Origin: an uncultured Candidatus Saccharibacteria bacterium
GTDB lineage: Bacteria > Patescibacteriota > Saccharimonadia > Saccharimonadales > CAYOYH01
DNA: 38,805 nucleotides
Direction of reading: 5' to 3'
Assembly (NCBI GenBank): GCA_964408165.1
Contig: CAYOYH010000001.1
Span: forward strand, 1 to 38,805
Within the stretch, counting starts at the first letter, position 1, and each line of letters opens with the position of its first letter. A program made the translations under genes and the position numbers. This document shows positions 1 through 8,434 of the stretch, in pieces. The notes below the pieces were generated by a model. It did no database searches and had not been told where the DNA came from. It saw only the letters and a list, made by a program, of their open reading frames with translations.

Positions 1-39
1 CACCCACCGCGTCTGGCGATGATTGTGATTCGGGCGTCA

Positions 40-717
40 TTACTTCTTCTCTTCTTGCTTCTTTCTAAAGGCTTCGGCTTTTTCTTTCTTGGTTGGCTCT
101 TTTGGCTCTTCTTTCAGTTCTTCAGATTTTGGCTCAACTTTTTTCTTCTTGGCTTCAGGTTTTTCAGGCGATTTCTCTTCTTTGGCTTCCACCTTTTCCT
201 CGGCTGATTTTTCGTCGGCTTTTACTTCGTCAATCTTTTCATCGGCAGTGTCTTCTTTGACTGGGGCTTCTTTTTTCTCTTTCTTGGTAACATCGGTAGT
301 CTTGGCCTCTTCGGTCTTGCCAACTTCCTTGTCTAGCATTTCGTCAAGGGTGTTTACCGCATCTTTGTCAAACGCTACACCTGCTAGGCGCGCACCCTTA
401 CCGCTACGCTGACGCATGTAGGTAAGGTACTTGCGTCGGACTTTGGAGCGTTTAACAACTTCAACTTGTACTACGAGCGGTGAGTGCAACAAGAATGATT
501 TCTCTACGCCAACACCACTAGCCATACGCCGAACGGTAATCCGACTAGTAAGTGATTTTTTACGATCAGTGCGAATAACCATGCCCTCGTACACCTGAAC
601 CCGCTCTTTGGAGCCTTCGGTGATTTTTTGATGCACCCGAACAGTGTCGCCCGAACGAACGTCGACGACTTGCTTTTTCCGATAGTTATTTTCCACCTTT
701 TGAATCAGCTGATACAT
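40..717 (-). CDS. rplS: 50S ribosomal protein L19 with a ~110-aa Lys/Glu/Pro-rich C-terminal extension
   Basis: MYQLIQKVENNY...GDTVRVHQKITEGSKERVQVYEGMVI...GVGVEKSFLLHSPLV...VRRKYLTYMRQRSGK is a typical L19 core. I chose the ATG at 717 because the 37 codons upstream in the listed ORF are not L19-like. The tail is KE-rich low complexity. Confidence 0.9.
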   Translation of the reverse strand: MYQLIQKVENNYRKKQVVDVRSGDTVRVHQKITEGSKERVQVYEGMVIRTDRKKSLTSRITVRRMASGVGVEKSFLLHSPLVVQVEVVKRSKVRRKYLTYMRQRSGKGARLAGVAFDKDAVNTLDEMLDKEVGKTEEAKTTDVTKKEKKEAPVKEDTADEKIDEVKADEKSAEEKVEAKEEKSPEKPEAKKKKVEPKSEELKEEPKEPTKKEKAEAFRKKQEEKK

Positions 718-825
718 AACAGGAGGAAATTCTATCACAACAACTGTAGTGGTGCAACCAGAAATGAACCTTTGTGAGTTGCGATGATCGGCAGATTCAG
801 GAGTGCAACCCTTGAAGCCTCGACA

Positions 826-859
826 CATTCAACGGCTCAACGCGTTGAGCCGTTGAATG
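826..859. repeat. perfect 34-bp palindrome (15-bp stem, 4-nt loop)
   Basis: cattcaacggctcaacgcgttgagccgttgaatg equals its own reverse complement. There is no flanking T-tract on either strand. Confidence 0.85.
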
Positions 860-907
860 TTATACAAACTTGCAGAGGGGCGCCTACCTACCGGCAGGCA
901 GGTTCGA

Positions 908-941
908 GAGCATAGCTGGAGCAAGTAGCTTTGCTACTTGG
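908..941 (+). repeat. partial copy of intergenic repeat family A (34 nt identical to 9951..9984)
   Basis: gagcatagctggagcaagtagctttgctacttgg is identical at both loci and contains the hairpin caagtagc/gctacttg. Confidence 0.85.
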
Positions 942-1052
942 CAAATGCTTCGAAACCAGAGGTTCGCATTCATTTTCTGTCGAGGCGAAGGTTTAAGCGC
1001 ACAGCGCACGCTATACTTATTTCAATAACTCCTGCGCCCTTTCGGGCTGACC

Positions 1053-1212
1053 CTCTGGCTTGAGTGCAGTTCGCAAGTTCTTGTCGAGAAGTGAAGGTAG
1101 CTGTATGAATAATACTGCGACCTTTGCCTCGCAGATAAAACTTGTGAAATGCGCTTGAGAGCATAGCTGGTGTAAATGGCTTCGCCATTTAGCAGAGCTA
1201 TGCGACCAGTGG
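1053..1212 (+). repeat. intergenic repeat family A, copy 1 (~160 bp), abutting the pilB stop codon
   Basis: Aligns over its whole length, roughly 80% identity by eye, with 9845..10003. Shares the 20-mer agctgtatgaataatactgc. Confidence 0.85.
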
Positions 1213-1217
1213 GTCAG

Positions 1218-2825
1218 CTAGCCGACGGCGCGGTAGACTTCCTCAATCGTAGTCTCACCCCTAATCGCCATCAACACCCCTGCCTGCAACATGCTAATCA
1301 TTCCTTGGTCGGCAGCAGCTTTTCTTAGCGTTCCTGTAGACAATTCAGAAGTTCCATCACGCAAAACTGCTTGAATGGCAGGGGTAATCTCTAGTTGCTC
1401 CATCAAAACTATTCGGCCTTGGTAGCCAAACGGGTTCTGAGGCGACTGACCTGGTTTACACAGCTTTAATCCTTCTAGGCTTGGTCTCTCGACTCCTTCT
1501 GGAAGCGACGCAATCACTTTAGAAATCTGCTCTTTCATAGAGTCGTCGGGCTGGTATTGTATTTTCAGCGAATCGTCTAAGCGCCTAACCAAGCGCTGAG
1601 CAACAACCAGGCGTATGGCTGATGAGAACAGGGGGTTATCACCGACGCTATCAATCATTCTGCTCAGTGCTGAAGCGGCATCAGCCGCGTGGAATGTCGA
1701 AAGCACCAAGTGCCCCGTCAACGAAGCCTGAAGCGCAGTCTTGGCGGTATCGACATCGCGGATTTCGCCGACCATGATGACATCTGGATCTTGGCGTAGT
1801 ACCGCCCTGAAAACTTTGTTAAAAGATTTCCCCTTGCGAGTATCTACCGGTATTTGACTAATCCCTTCAAAACCATACTCCACCGGATCTTCTAGGGTAA
1901 TTATTTTTCGGCTGGGGTCGTTGAGTCGGTCTAAAATTGAATACATCGTAGTAGTTTTACCAGAACCAGTCGGCCCCACCACTAAAACCATGCCATGAGG
2001 GTGGGAAATGATACCCTCAATACTCTGCCGTTGCCTCTCGCTGAGCCCCAGATGATCCAGATTTATCAGATTACGATCAACATTGAAAAGCCTAATCACC
2101 GCGTCTTGACCATGCAGAGTTGGCGCGGTCTCGATACGCATGTTGATAGTTTTGACCGGCTTAGTGTTCTCGCCCATTATCTTGTGGATCATATGTCCTG
2201 TTTGAGCGTCGGGTGATGTAGTCGAAATATTGGCCTTAATAGCTATCGACGACTGCAGTTGTTTGTATTTGTCCTTAGAAAGCTTGGCAATATTGTGTAG
2301 CGCACCGTCCACCCGAAAACGCATGCGAACATACTCTTCCTCTGTTTCCAAATGAATGTCCGAGGCGTTGAGGGTATCGGCCTGTGTAATCAGATAGTCT
2401 AAAATGTCATCGGCACTTACTGTTTCGAGAGTCTTGGACACCTCAGCCAGAGTATCGCTGGCGCCGTCACTGCTAATGGCAATGTCGTCATAGTGCACCT
2501 CTGGTGGCGGGTCGAACCTGAGCATGAAATCTTTGAACCCAGTGTTTGAAATAATCACAAAAGTAACGTTGTAATCCCTAAATCTGTCGCGTAGTTGCAC
2601 TGCTAGTTGTTGCGGCGTGGCGATAGTTATGGCAAATTTGAGATGACCCTTCGTGTGGACGATGGGTACAACCGTGCTTCTGTACATCTCCTCAATCGTC
2701 AACTTATCTTGCACTAAAGGCTCACCAATAATCACTCTGGCGTCTTGATACTGCACTCCTAAAATGCGCGCTCTGTTCTGAGTCGATAGCTCTTCTTCTT
2801 GACGCGCTTGTAGGTTTCGATCCAT
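1218..2825 (-). CDS. pilB: GspE/PilB-family type II secretion / type IV pilus assembly ATPase
   Basis: Walker A GPTGSGKTTT, ITLEDPVEY, VIMVGEIRD, His-box GHLVLSTFH. N-terminal T2SSE_N-like region. Confidence 0.85.
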   Translation of the reverse strand: MDRNLQARQEEELSTQNRARILGVQYQDARVIIGEPLVQDKLTIEEMYRSTVVPIVHTKGHLKFAITIATPQQLAVQLRDRFRDYNVTFVIISNTGFKDFMLRFDPPPEVHYDDIAISSDGASDTLAEVSKTLETVSADDILDYLITQADTLNASDIHLETEEEYVRMRFRVDGALHNIAKLSKDKYKQLQSSIAIKANISTTSPDAQTGHMIHKIMGENTKPVKTINMRIETAPTLHGQDAVIRLFNVDRNLINLDHLGLSERQRQSIEGIISHPHGMVLVVGPTGSGKTTTMYSILDRLNDPSRKIITLEDPVEYGFEGISQIPVDTRKGKSFNKVFRAVLRQDPDVIMVGEIRDVDTAKTALQASLTGHLVLSTFHAADAASALSRMIDSVGDNPLFSSAIRLVVAQRLVRRLDDSLKIQYQPDDSMKEQISKVIASLPEGVERPSLEGLKLCKPGQSPQNPFGYQGRIVLMEQLEITPAIQAVLRDGTSELSTGTLRKAAADQGMISMLQAGVLMAIRGETTIEEVYRAVG

Positions 2826-2856
2826 CTAGCTCCCTATTCTAAACAAAGCGCTGGCA

Positions 2857-4104
2857 TTATGGAAGGAGCGAACCGATTTCACCAACAAGATAAAACGAAC
2901 CAGTAATTAAGTAATCGTCTGGAACTAGGGTCATTTTCCTGACTAGCGCGCCAGTATCATTCTCTACTCGAAACTCTACTCCAGCATCAATTTTTACCCC
3001 AGTGAAGTCCAGGGCCGTGGTCTGGCTGGAATTGGTAAAAGCACTGTAGCGGGTGAAGACAAATTCCTTGGCAACAGGTTTCAGAAGCGCCACAAAGGCA
3101 CTAGGGTCTTTAGATTTTCCCATGGCTAAAACTACAACGAATTTCTTCGCCGGATAAACTTTAACTAGCCTGCCGACTAAACTTTCTAGCTTCTGCAAAT
3201 TATGCGCTCCGTCTAGTAGCACTAACCGCTTTTTGTAATTTCTAGCCTCGAAACGACCCGGCAACCTGAAATCCTCTAGCGCGGTAACAGCGTTTTTGAA
3301 TTTCCAGTTTCCAGCGTCTCGCCTGGCAATAAGCTGGCAAGCGCGCCGACTAAGCCGGTAGTTATTTTGTTGGTAGTCGGCAGCTGGTTTGACGAAAGTC
3401 AATTTAGCACCGCTATGTTTGGCGATGGCCCTAAAAACAGCGTTTATTTGGAGTGATTGGCTAAGCGCAATTACCGTGGAGTTTGGAGTTATGATGCCGG
3501 CCTCTTGCTGGGCAATACTCACCAGATCGTTGCCTAGCACTTCAGTATGATCCAGCCCCGTAACATTCAAAATAACCACTTTGTCGTTTCTGGTAATCAA
3601 GTTGGTTGAATCATACCGACCGCCAAGCCCCGTTTCTACCACTAAATAATCAAGCTTGTGGCGCTCAAACACGATATAACCCAAAGCCGCCACGCATTGG
3701 AAATAAGTTGGAAATACTCCTTGTGTGCTCAGGCCGTCCACCGCCTGTTTTAACCGACGCAGAGCAACCAAGGTTTCGCTCTGGCTGGGCAGTTTATCGT
3801 TCACGGTGAAGCGTTCTCGCAAATCATAAACATGCGGCGACATTATTGCCCCGACGCGCCTAGAGTTAGATTTCAGCAAGTCTAGCGCAAACTGGGCAGT
3901 GCTACCCTTGCCAGAGGTGCCGGCGATATGAATGGTTCTGTAGTTGTTTTGAGGATTTCCTAGAGCCCCAAAAAGCAAAGAAGCCTGATCCAAGCTCTCC
4001 TGACCTCGGAATATCTCCACCTCGCTAGTTGGCAAATCGTTGAACAACCAGCCAGTAGCTTCCTCGTATGTTTTGAACTCGTCTGTCATAATTGTTTTAG
4101 CCAT
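2857..4104 (-). CDS. folC: Mur-ligase superfamily protein, FolC-like folylpolyglutamate/dihydrofolate synthase
   Basis: P-loop AGTSGKGST, ETGLGGRYDSTN and LDGAHN motifs. Start placed at the MAKTIMTDEF ATG (4104). Confidence 0.7.
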   Translation of the reverse strand: MAKTIMTDEFKTYEEATGWLFNDLPTSEVEIFRGQESLDQASLLFGALGNPQNNYRTIHIAGTSGKGSTAQFALDLLKSNSRRVGAIMSPHVYDLRERFTVNDKLPSQSETLVALRRLKQAVDGLSTQGVFPTYFQCVAALGYIVFERHKLDYLVVETGLGGRYDSTNLITRNDKVVILNVTGLDHTEVLGNDLVSIAQQEAGIITPNSTVIALSQSLQINAVFRAIAKHSGAKLTFVKPAADYQQNNYRLSRRACQLIARRDAGNWKFKNAVTALEDFRLPGRFEARNYKKRLVLLDGAHNLQKLESLVGRLVKVYPAKKFVVVLAMGKSKDPSAFVALLKPVAKEFVFTRYSAFTNSSQTTALDFTGVKIDAGVEFRVENDTGALVRKMTLVPDDYLITGSFYLVGEIGSLLP

Positions 4105-4594
4105 GAAAAAGATTATTCCCATTCTACACAATATCCGCTCACTGCATAATGTCGGGTCTATTTTGCGCACCTGCGATGGGCTGGGTATTGGGGAGTTATG
4201 GGTCAGCGGCTACACTCCCTACCCTAAGATTGAAGATGACGACAGACTGCCACATGTCAGCAGACGGGCCACTAAGCAAATAGCCAAAACAGCACTTGGC
4301 GCGCAAGGTAGCGTCAGGGTAGTGCATTTTAACAATATCGACGAGTTGGCTAAACACGCCAAAACCTTAAATCTTGAACTGGTGGCCATTGAGCAAACAC
4401 CGAGCAGTATTAACCTAAACCAGTTTCACCCCCGCACCAGTGTTGGCCTGGTATTTGGCAACGAAATTGACGGCCTAGATTCCAGTATTTTAAAACTCTG
4501 CCAGCAAATCGTAGAAGTGCCAATGAAGGGGCAAAAAGAATCATTCAATGTCAGTGTTGTAGCTGGGATTGTTTTATACACTGTTGCTGCCTAG
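4103..4594 (+). CDS. SpoU/TrmH-family RNA 2'-O-methyltransferase
   Basis: NVGSILRTCDGLG, VFGNEIDGL, ESFNVSVVAGIVLY motifs. Start at MKKIIPILHN. Confidence 0.8.
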   Translation: MKKIIPILHNIRSLHNVGSILRTCDGLGIGELWVSGYTPYPKIEDDDRLPHVSRRATKQIAKTALGAQGSVRVVHFNNIDELAKHAKTLNLELVAIEQTPSSINLNQFHPRTSVGLVFGNEIDGLDSSILKLCQQIVEVPMKGQKESFNVSVVAGIVLYTVAA

Positions 4595-5240
4595 AAAATA
4601 ATTTGGGTAAGCTTGCTTTAGCAATCTGAGGCCTCCTGTTGCCATAAGAACGGATTCGGTTCTATTCGCCCTTTGTGGCTCGCGTCTCCGTCCTTGCATA
4701 GTCCTCTGAAGCCCGAGAAAGCTGCTCTTTCCTGTAGGACTGAATCGTCATCAAATATTTTCCAGAACTTTAAGTATAATCAGAATGAACCTCCCCGAGC
4801 TTACGCCTGCCTACCGGCAGGCAGGCACGGGGTATCATTTCAATTCAAGCTTCGCTTGTCCGGCATCTTTGTTTAGAAGATGCCGGAAAGACTCTCCTGC
4901 CCGCGGGCTAACGCCCGCGGAAATTCGGCGGAAGATTATATAACTTTCAGTATGCCTTTTTAACCATTTCACCCTTTCAGGGTTCATCAGCATAGCTAAT
5001 TTATCTATGGATGGTTGGGTGCGGCAGTTGCGAGTTTACGATTGCCTGAGCAATCATTACTAAGCGCAAGTACCACACCAAGGGATTTGATTAGGATTCC
5101 CTCATTCCTAGTAGGCGTATCCGACGTTTCTTTTAACAGCACTGCTATCAGCCCTCTAAAGCCAATTTGGCTAAGTATGCCACTGGTGCAGCGACGCAGG
5201 TCAGTGGAATGGTCCACATGAGCCCGCGTCTGGCTTCGCA

Positions 5241-5798
5241 TCAGTCTCGGGGGTGTTTCTGTCCCCACTCTAGGACTGCCTTTGCAAGTCCTCTTAGTTT
5301 TGTGGCGAAGGAGCCTTCGCCGACGTCAAACTCCTTCGAGGCAGTAACGGTACTGCATCCGATGCCTCGCCTACCCAGCTCAGCAATAGCAGTCGGGTCC
5401 TTGTTGAAGTAGACGAGACCTCCCACGTAGTAGCTGGTCAGAGGTTCTGACCAAAGCAACGCTCTCTCGAGGTCTGCGTCGCTCAATGGCCAAACAAGCA
5501 CAGCTCGTACTATGTTGTTGCCGGGCGCTGCTAAACGAACCTTTTTCGTCTTTTGTGTAATCGGTAACAGGTGCCTAGCCGTCTCGGTATACCGGCTGCT
5601 CCCCTCTCGCCCAGTATCGAAAACCACGATTATGAGAACCATGATTTCTTGCAAGGCATCGGTGTCTTTCGCCAACGACGCTAAGAACTCGGGCGCCAGG
5701 CGCCACTCTACTCGAACCTTTCTGATCCTTCCTGGATTCGGGTTGGTGACCAGCGTAAAGCCAGCCTCCGTATTTATAGTTGGGAGTTTAGCGGGCAT
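5241..5798 (-). CDS. hypothetical protein (accessory, no recognisable domain)
   Basis: 185-aa ORF with AGGAGG 5 nt upstream of the ATG. GC looks higher than the neighbouring genes. Confidence 0.55.
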   Translation of the reverse strand: MPAKLPTINTEAGFTLVTNPNPGRIRKVRVEWRLAPEFLASLAKDTDALQEIMVLIIVVFDTGREGSSRYTETARHLLPITQKTKKVRLAAPGNNIVRAVLVWPLSDADLERALLWSEPLTSYYVGGLVYFNKDPTAIAELGRRGIGCSTVTASKEFDVGEGSFATKLRGLAKAVLEWGQKHPRD

Positions 5799-5909
5799 TA
5801 CTACCTCCTAAGAGTAGTCGTAAGAACTATTCGCAAAGAATTTCCCTGCAAATCTGCAATCATTTATACAATAGATTTGACTACAAAGCAAGGCGTATTG
5901 GTAATGTGC

Positions 5910-6946
5910 TATACTAAGCCCCAGTTTATTGAACACTTTAGTTCTAGAATATGGGTATGTGTAAAATGAAGTATTTAACAAAGAGACAAGTACTAGATTA
6001 CCGAGGGAGAGTTTTAAAAGAAGCAGATGGTTTAGGTGTTAGCGCAGCCTCAAGAAGATACGGAGTAAGCAGAGGAACTATCTACAACTGGTCTAGAGAA
6101 ATCATGCCTCAGAAGACTGGCCCAAAGAATGCTGTCTTCTGGCAGACAGACAAGGTGATAGAAGAACTAATCATTCAGGTTAGGTTAGCCACTGACTACG
6201 GCCCGCAACGAATTAAAGATGAGCTGAACGACTTCGGTGTTACTGTCGGTGAGAAAGCCATTCGAGGTGTTATTGAAACAGCTGAGCTTGTTAAAAAGCA
6301 ACGCAAGCCCAAGAAGAGAGCTACCCAGAGATTTCATGTCTCTCATCCTGGCTATCGCGTACAGATAGATACTAAAGCCATTCCAGTACTCGGGGGAAAG
6401 GATAAGCGCAAGAGTAGACGACAGCAGTTCACAGCCATAGATATAGCGAGTAAGATACGCTACCTAGAGGTTATGGATGGACTAAGCAACACTAATTCAC
6501 TACTGTTCACCGAGCGAGCCATACAATTCTATGAAGATATTGGTATTACCGTTGAATGTGTACAGACCGACAATCATAGTACCTTTACTAACCTCTACGC
6601 CGGGGGTAACAAGAAAGCTGATCATGAACTACGAAGAGTTCACCCATTAACCCTCTACCTAACAGGTAGAGGAATTGAACATAAGTTGTCTCGGCCTGGT
6701 ACACCACAGCACAACGGCTTTGTAGAGCGTAGTCATCGAACAGATGAAGAAGAGTTTTACAGAGTCACCACAGCAGCCTCTCTAGGGCTTACAGTACTTC
6801 AGGACAAGATGAAGCAGTGGCAAGATGAGTACAACAATCTAAGGCGACATTCTTCCTGCAAGAACTTACCTCCTATGGACTACTTCAATTTATACTGGAA
6901 GGAATTACTCAATGCCTAGGTGTGTAGACAACTGGGGCTTAGTACA
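5910..6946 (+). mobile_element. IS481-family insertion sequence with 17-bp terminal inverted repeats and a 14-bp target-site duplication
   Basis: IRL tatactaagccccagtt (5910-5926) matches the reverse complement of IRR, tgtactaagccccagtt (6930-6946), at 16/17 positions. The flanking direct repeat tattggtaatgtgc is at 5896-5909 and 6947-6960. Confidence 0.85.
5951..6919 (+). CDS. IS481-family DDE (rve) transposase
   Basis: N-terminal HTH (RRYGVSRGTIYNW). DDE candidates are in VQIDTK, VQTDNHS and NGFVERSH. Confidence 0.85.
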   Translation: MGMCKMKYLTKRQVLDYRGRVLKEADGLGVSAASRRYGVSRGTIYNWSREIMPQKTGPKNAVFWQTDKVIEELIIQVRLATDYGPQRIKDELNDFGVTVGEKAIRGVIETAELVKKQRKPKKRATQRFHVSHPGYRVQIDTKAIPVLGGKDKRKSRRQQFTAIDIASKIRYLEVMDGLSNTNSLLFTERAIQFYEDIGITVECVQTDNHSTFTNLYAGGNKKADHELRRVHPLTLYLTGRGIEHKLSRPGTPQHNGFVERSHRTDEEEFYRVTTAASLGLTVLQDKMKQWQDEYNNLRRHSSCKNLPPMDYFNLYWKELLNA

Positions 6947-7001
6947 TATTGGTAATGTGCACACAAATATGGCGGTTTTCCCTAGAATAGGAGAATGGGA
7001 G

Positions 7002-7994
7002 TTATAGGCAATATCGTGGAGGTTTTGGCTCTTCCGTACGACTATAAAGATACCAATCTACCAGTCTCATTTGGTGCACTACAGGCATGCCTCTATGAGC
7101 CTTTAATTTGAGCCGTATTTGAGAGTTTATACCACCCTCAATGTGGTTAGTAGTACTAGGTAGTTCTGGGTGTGGTCGGTAGCTTGAACGCAGTAAATCG
7201 TCAGTAATTTCATGTAACTGTTTGTAAGCACTTCTTAACCTAGCGTGAGTGTAGTGCCATCGTCTTTGACCAGGCTGAGGATCCTGCCTCATGGTTCTCT
7301 CGTCTATATAGCTGTGGTGCTTTCGGTGCCAATGTTTTAACTTTCTCTTCCAGCTTCTGGCTTGTCGTCTGGTGCGAATATGCAATAAGTTTCGCGTCAG
7401 TTGTAGTAATTCTTGTGCTGGAGCAGACTTAGGGCGTAGAGTTAGTTTTGACTTCACATTGAGCCAGGCGTGGAACCGACAACGCTGAACAGTAGTCTCT
7501 GGCCAACAGATAGCAATTGCTTTTAGCATGCCTCTTTGACCATCACAGACAACATACTTAGGTTGAGGTAACAACCGCAACAACTCAGTCCAGTACTGGC
7601 TACTTTCATAGGGCATCCAGACCCAGGTAATAACATAGTCGGTAGTTCTAGCAATAAGACAAACATTACTGCCAACTCGAATGCCATCAACAACAACGGC
7701 ATGGTGTATTTCACCAGTCAGGGTGTTTGGTGGGGCTACATTCCAGCACCATGATGTTTGATTGCGGAAAGTTCGCGGTGGTTGCTCTAGCTCGTTCTGA
7801 GCCAGCTTACCAAGCAACCAAGACACAAATCTTTCTAGTTCGTAGCCACGACTTAAATCTGGGCGTAAACTAAGTTTGCTTTGCGCACAGCAGTGGCACA
7901 GCCAGCGTTGCTTACCAGTGGCAGTTTTGCCGCGTTTTTGGAGCTTGTTTTTACATGTCTCGCAATGATAATTGCATGTTCTTTTTTCATTCAA
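7002..7994 (-). CDS. Zn-ribbon DDE transposase (IS1-InsA-like finger; IS256/IS1249-group-like core)
   Basis: CETCKNKLQKRGKTATGKQRWLCHCC finger, plus VVCDGQRGMLKAI, QRCRFHAWLN and TTNHIEGGINSQIR. Confidence 0.75.
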   Translation of the reverse strand: MNEKRTCNYHCETCKNKLQKRGKTATGKQRWLCHCCAQSKLSLRPDLSRGYELERFVSWLLGKLAQNELEQPPRTFRNQTSWCWNVAPPNTLTGEIHHAVVVDGIRVGSNVCLIARTTDYVITWVWMPYESSQYWTELLRLLPQPKYVVCDGQRGMLKAIAICWPETTVQRCRFHAWLNVKSKLTLRPKSAPAQELLQLTRNLLHIRTRRQARSWKRKLKHWHRKHHSYIDERTMRQDPQPGQRRWHYTHARLRSAYKQLHEITDDLLRSSYRPHPELPSTTNHIEGGINSQIRLKLKAHRGMPVVHQMRLVDWYLYSRTEEPKPPRYCL

Positions 7995-8071
7995 TTAATG
8001 TCTCACGACATTAATTCAGTGTCAATAACAGAGGGGGAATCGCTTAAAAACCACCACGATATCGCCTATAA
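7002..8071 (-). mobile_element. insertion sequence with 25-bp imperfect terminal inverted repeats
   Basis: ttataggcaatatcgtggaggtttt (7002-7026) matches the reverse complement of 8047-8071 at 23/25 positions. Confidence 0.75.
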
Positions 8072-8164
8072 CCCTATAATTATGTACTTTGTAGCCCTCT
8101 AGTTAGAGTTTCCAGCTTCCAACCCCTCCGCTATCTAGCGGACCTCCACCCCCTAGTTGCTACT

Positions 8165-8333
8165 TCAGGACTTACGCTTCGTAAGTTTGGTGTCAGTTTG
8201 CTCCAGATGGAGTCAAGGATTATTTTCTCTGGCAAAAACTACAGCCAAGCTACGCTTTAGCGCCAGAAAAATAAGTCTGAAGCCGTCTGGTTAAGAACAG
8301 GCGTAAATAGTAAACGCATAAGCCTTAAAGGTC
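8165..8333 (+). repeat. intergenic repeat family D, copy 1 (~170 bp)
   Basis: Aligns along its length with 23518..23688. Starts with the hairpin caggacttacg..cgtaagt. Confidence 0.8.
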
Positions 8334-8392
8334 TTTTACTTCGTGGCTGGCCAAAGGTTGTCAGCTGGTCATACACCGTCGGTTATACATAT

Positions 8393-8428
8393 ATTATACG
8401 TATATGACGGCCGTCAATATAGTATAAT
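8393..8428. promoter_or_regulatory. imperfect copy of the 36-bp palindrome, overlapping a TATAAT box 6 nt upstream of the PaaX-like ATG
   Basis: attatacgtatatgacgg|ccgtcaatatagtataat. TATAAT is at 8423-8428 and the ATG at 8435. Confidence 0.6.
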
Positions 8429-8434
8429 GTTTAC

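Noticed and set aside
19-412. Plus-strand ORFs 19..207 and 89..412 (Phe/Ser/Leu-rich).
   Set aside because: They are antisense to the Lys/Glu-rich tail of rplS. The low-complexity mirror-image composition is typical of antisense artefacts.
970-1188. 72-aa minus-strand ORF.
   Set aside because: It lies entirely within repeat family A and hairpin sequence. It has no SD, and its composition is driven by the repeat.
4673-5412. ORFs 4673..4876, 5005..5268, 5015..5221 and 5167..5412.
   Set aside because: They overlap each other on both strands in a hairpin-rich region. They have no SD sites and odd composition, so I treat the region as non-coding or uncertain.
5512-5811. 99-aa plus-strand ORF.
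   Set aside because: It is antisense to the better-supported 5241..5798 gene, which has AGGAGG upstream.
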